Of a DNA stretch of 64,000 nucleotides, positions 63,690 to 64,000 are shown in pieces. The position numbers were made by a program, and so were the translations under genes. This DNA comes from Escherichia phage FL12. The notes beneath the pieces were generated by a model. That model made no database searches and was not told the origin of the DNA. It saw nothing but the letters and a program-made list of their open reading frames with translations. The stretch's first letter is position 1. The number at the start of each line of letters is the position of its first letter. The stretch lies in the sequence record PP400786; one strand, given 5' to 3'.

Positions 63690-64000
63690 TAATATGCCTG
63701 CAAAACGAATTTAAAATTATCAGCCAACATACGGTTCATTTCTTCAAGTGTTTGATACTCAGAATGATGATTACGAGTAAACGCTAAAGCTAACTGTCCT
63801 TTTCCAAATCCCGTCGTCAGAGGTTTCATCTTAGAAGCAGGCAGATAAAATACTGTGTATGGAACATTGTTATTTGCAATAGTACGTGCAAGCTGAGACC
63901 GACGTTGACGAATATGACTTAAAACCGCACTGAATCCTTGCTTAGAACGCTGATTACCTACATAAAATCGTGCAGACACGCACGGATTACTAAATGGACG
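63689..64000 (-). CDS. ndd: probable Ndd (nucleoid disruption) C-terminal part; 5' end beyond window
   Basis: Frame open from window end to TAA at 63689-63691, which overlaps the stp ATG; T4 order is ndd-stp-ac-52. Confidence 0.55.

Noticed and set aside
63450-63692. Plus-strand 80-aa ORF between gene 52 and ndd
   Set aside because: Antisense to the ac and stp genes; stp is recognised by exact sequence on the minus strand, so the plus-strand ORF is spurious.

Overview
This window is a contiguous segment of a T4-like (Tevenvirinae) coliphage genome, with T4 gene order throughout. Evidence is sequence reading only (no database search); homolog names and lengths are from memory of T4. Plus-strand late blocks: head genes 20(partial)-67-68-21-22-23-24, uvsW, baseplate hub/tail tube genes 51-27-28-29-48-54, and long tail fibre genes 34-35-36-37-38 plus holin t. 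Minus-strand early/middle blocks: rnlB-hoc-inh, uvsY-25-26, alt-30-rIII-31-cd-pseT-alc-rnlA-denA-nrdB-nrdA-td-frd-32-59-33-dsbA-rnh, and asiA-arn-motA-52-ac-stp-ndd(partial). Intergenic regions carry T4-type late promoters (TATAAATA), sigma70-like early promoters (TTTACA-17-TATAGT/TACTAT) and GC-hairpin/U-tract terminators. The tail fibre module is T2-type (gp37 with a cleavable C-terminal chaperone domain, Gly-rich gp38 adhesin), so this is not T4 itself. Most unusual: (1) nrdA split into two ORFs by an HNH endonuclease gene; (2) a 530-aa multi-domain putative nuclease ORF between nrdA and nrdB; (3) a group I intron in nrdB with a degenerate endonuclease ORF, while td is intron-less; (4) Hoc enlarged by a tandem Ig-like domain duplication; (5) a 5' partial duplicate of alt with an in-frame stop. 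No CRISPR array, tRNA or integrase was seen.
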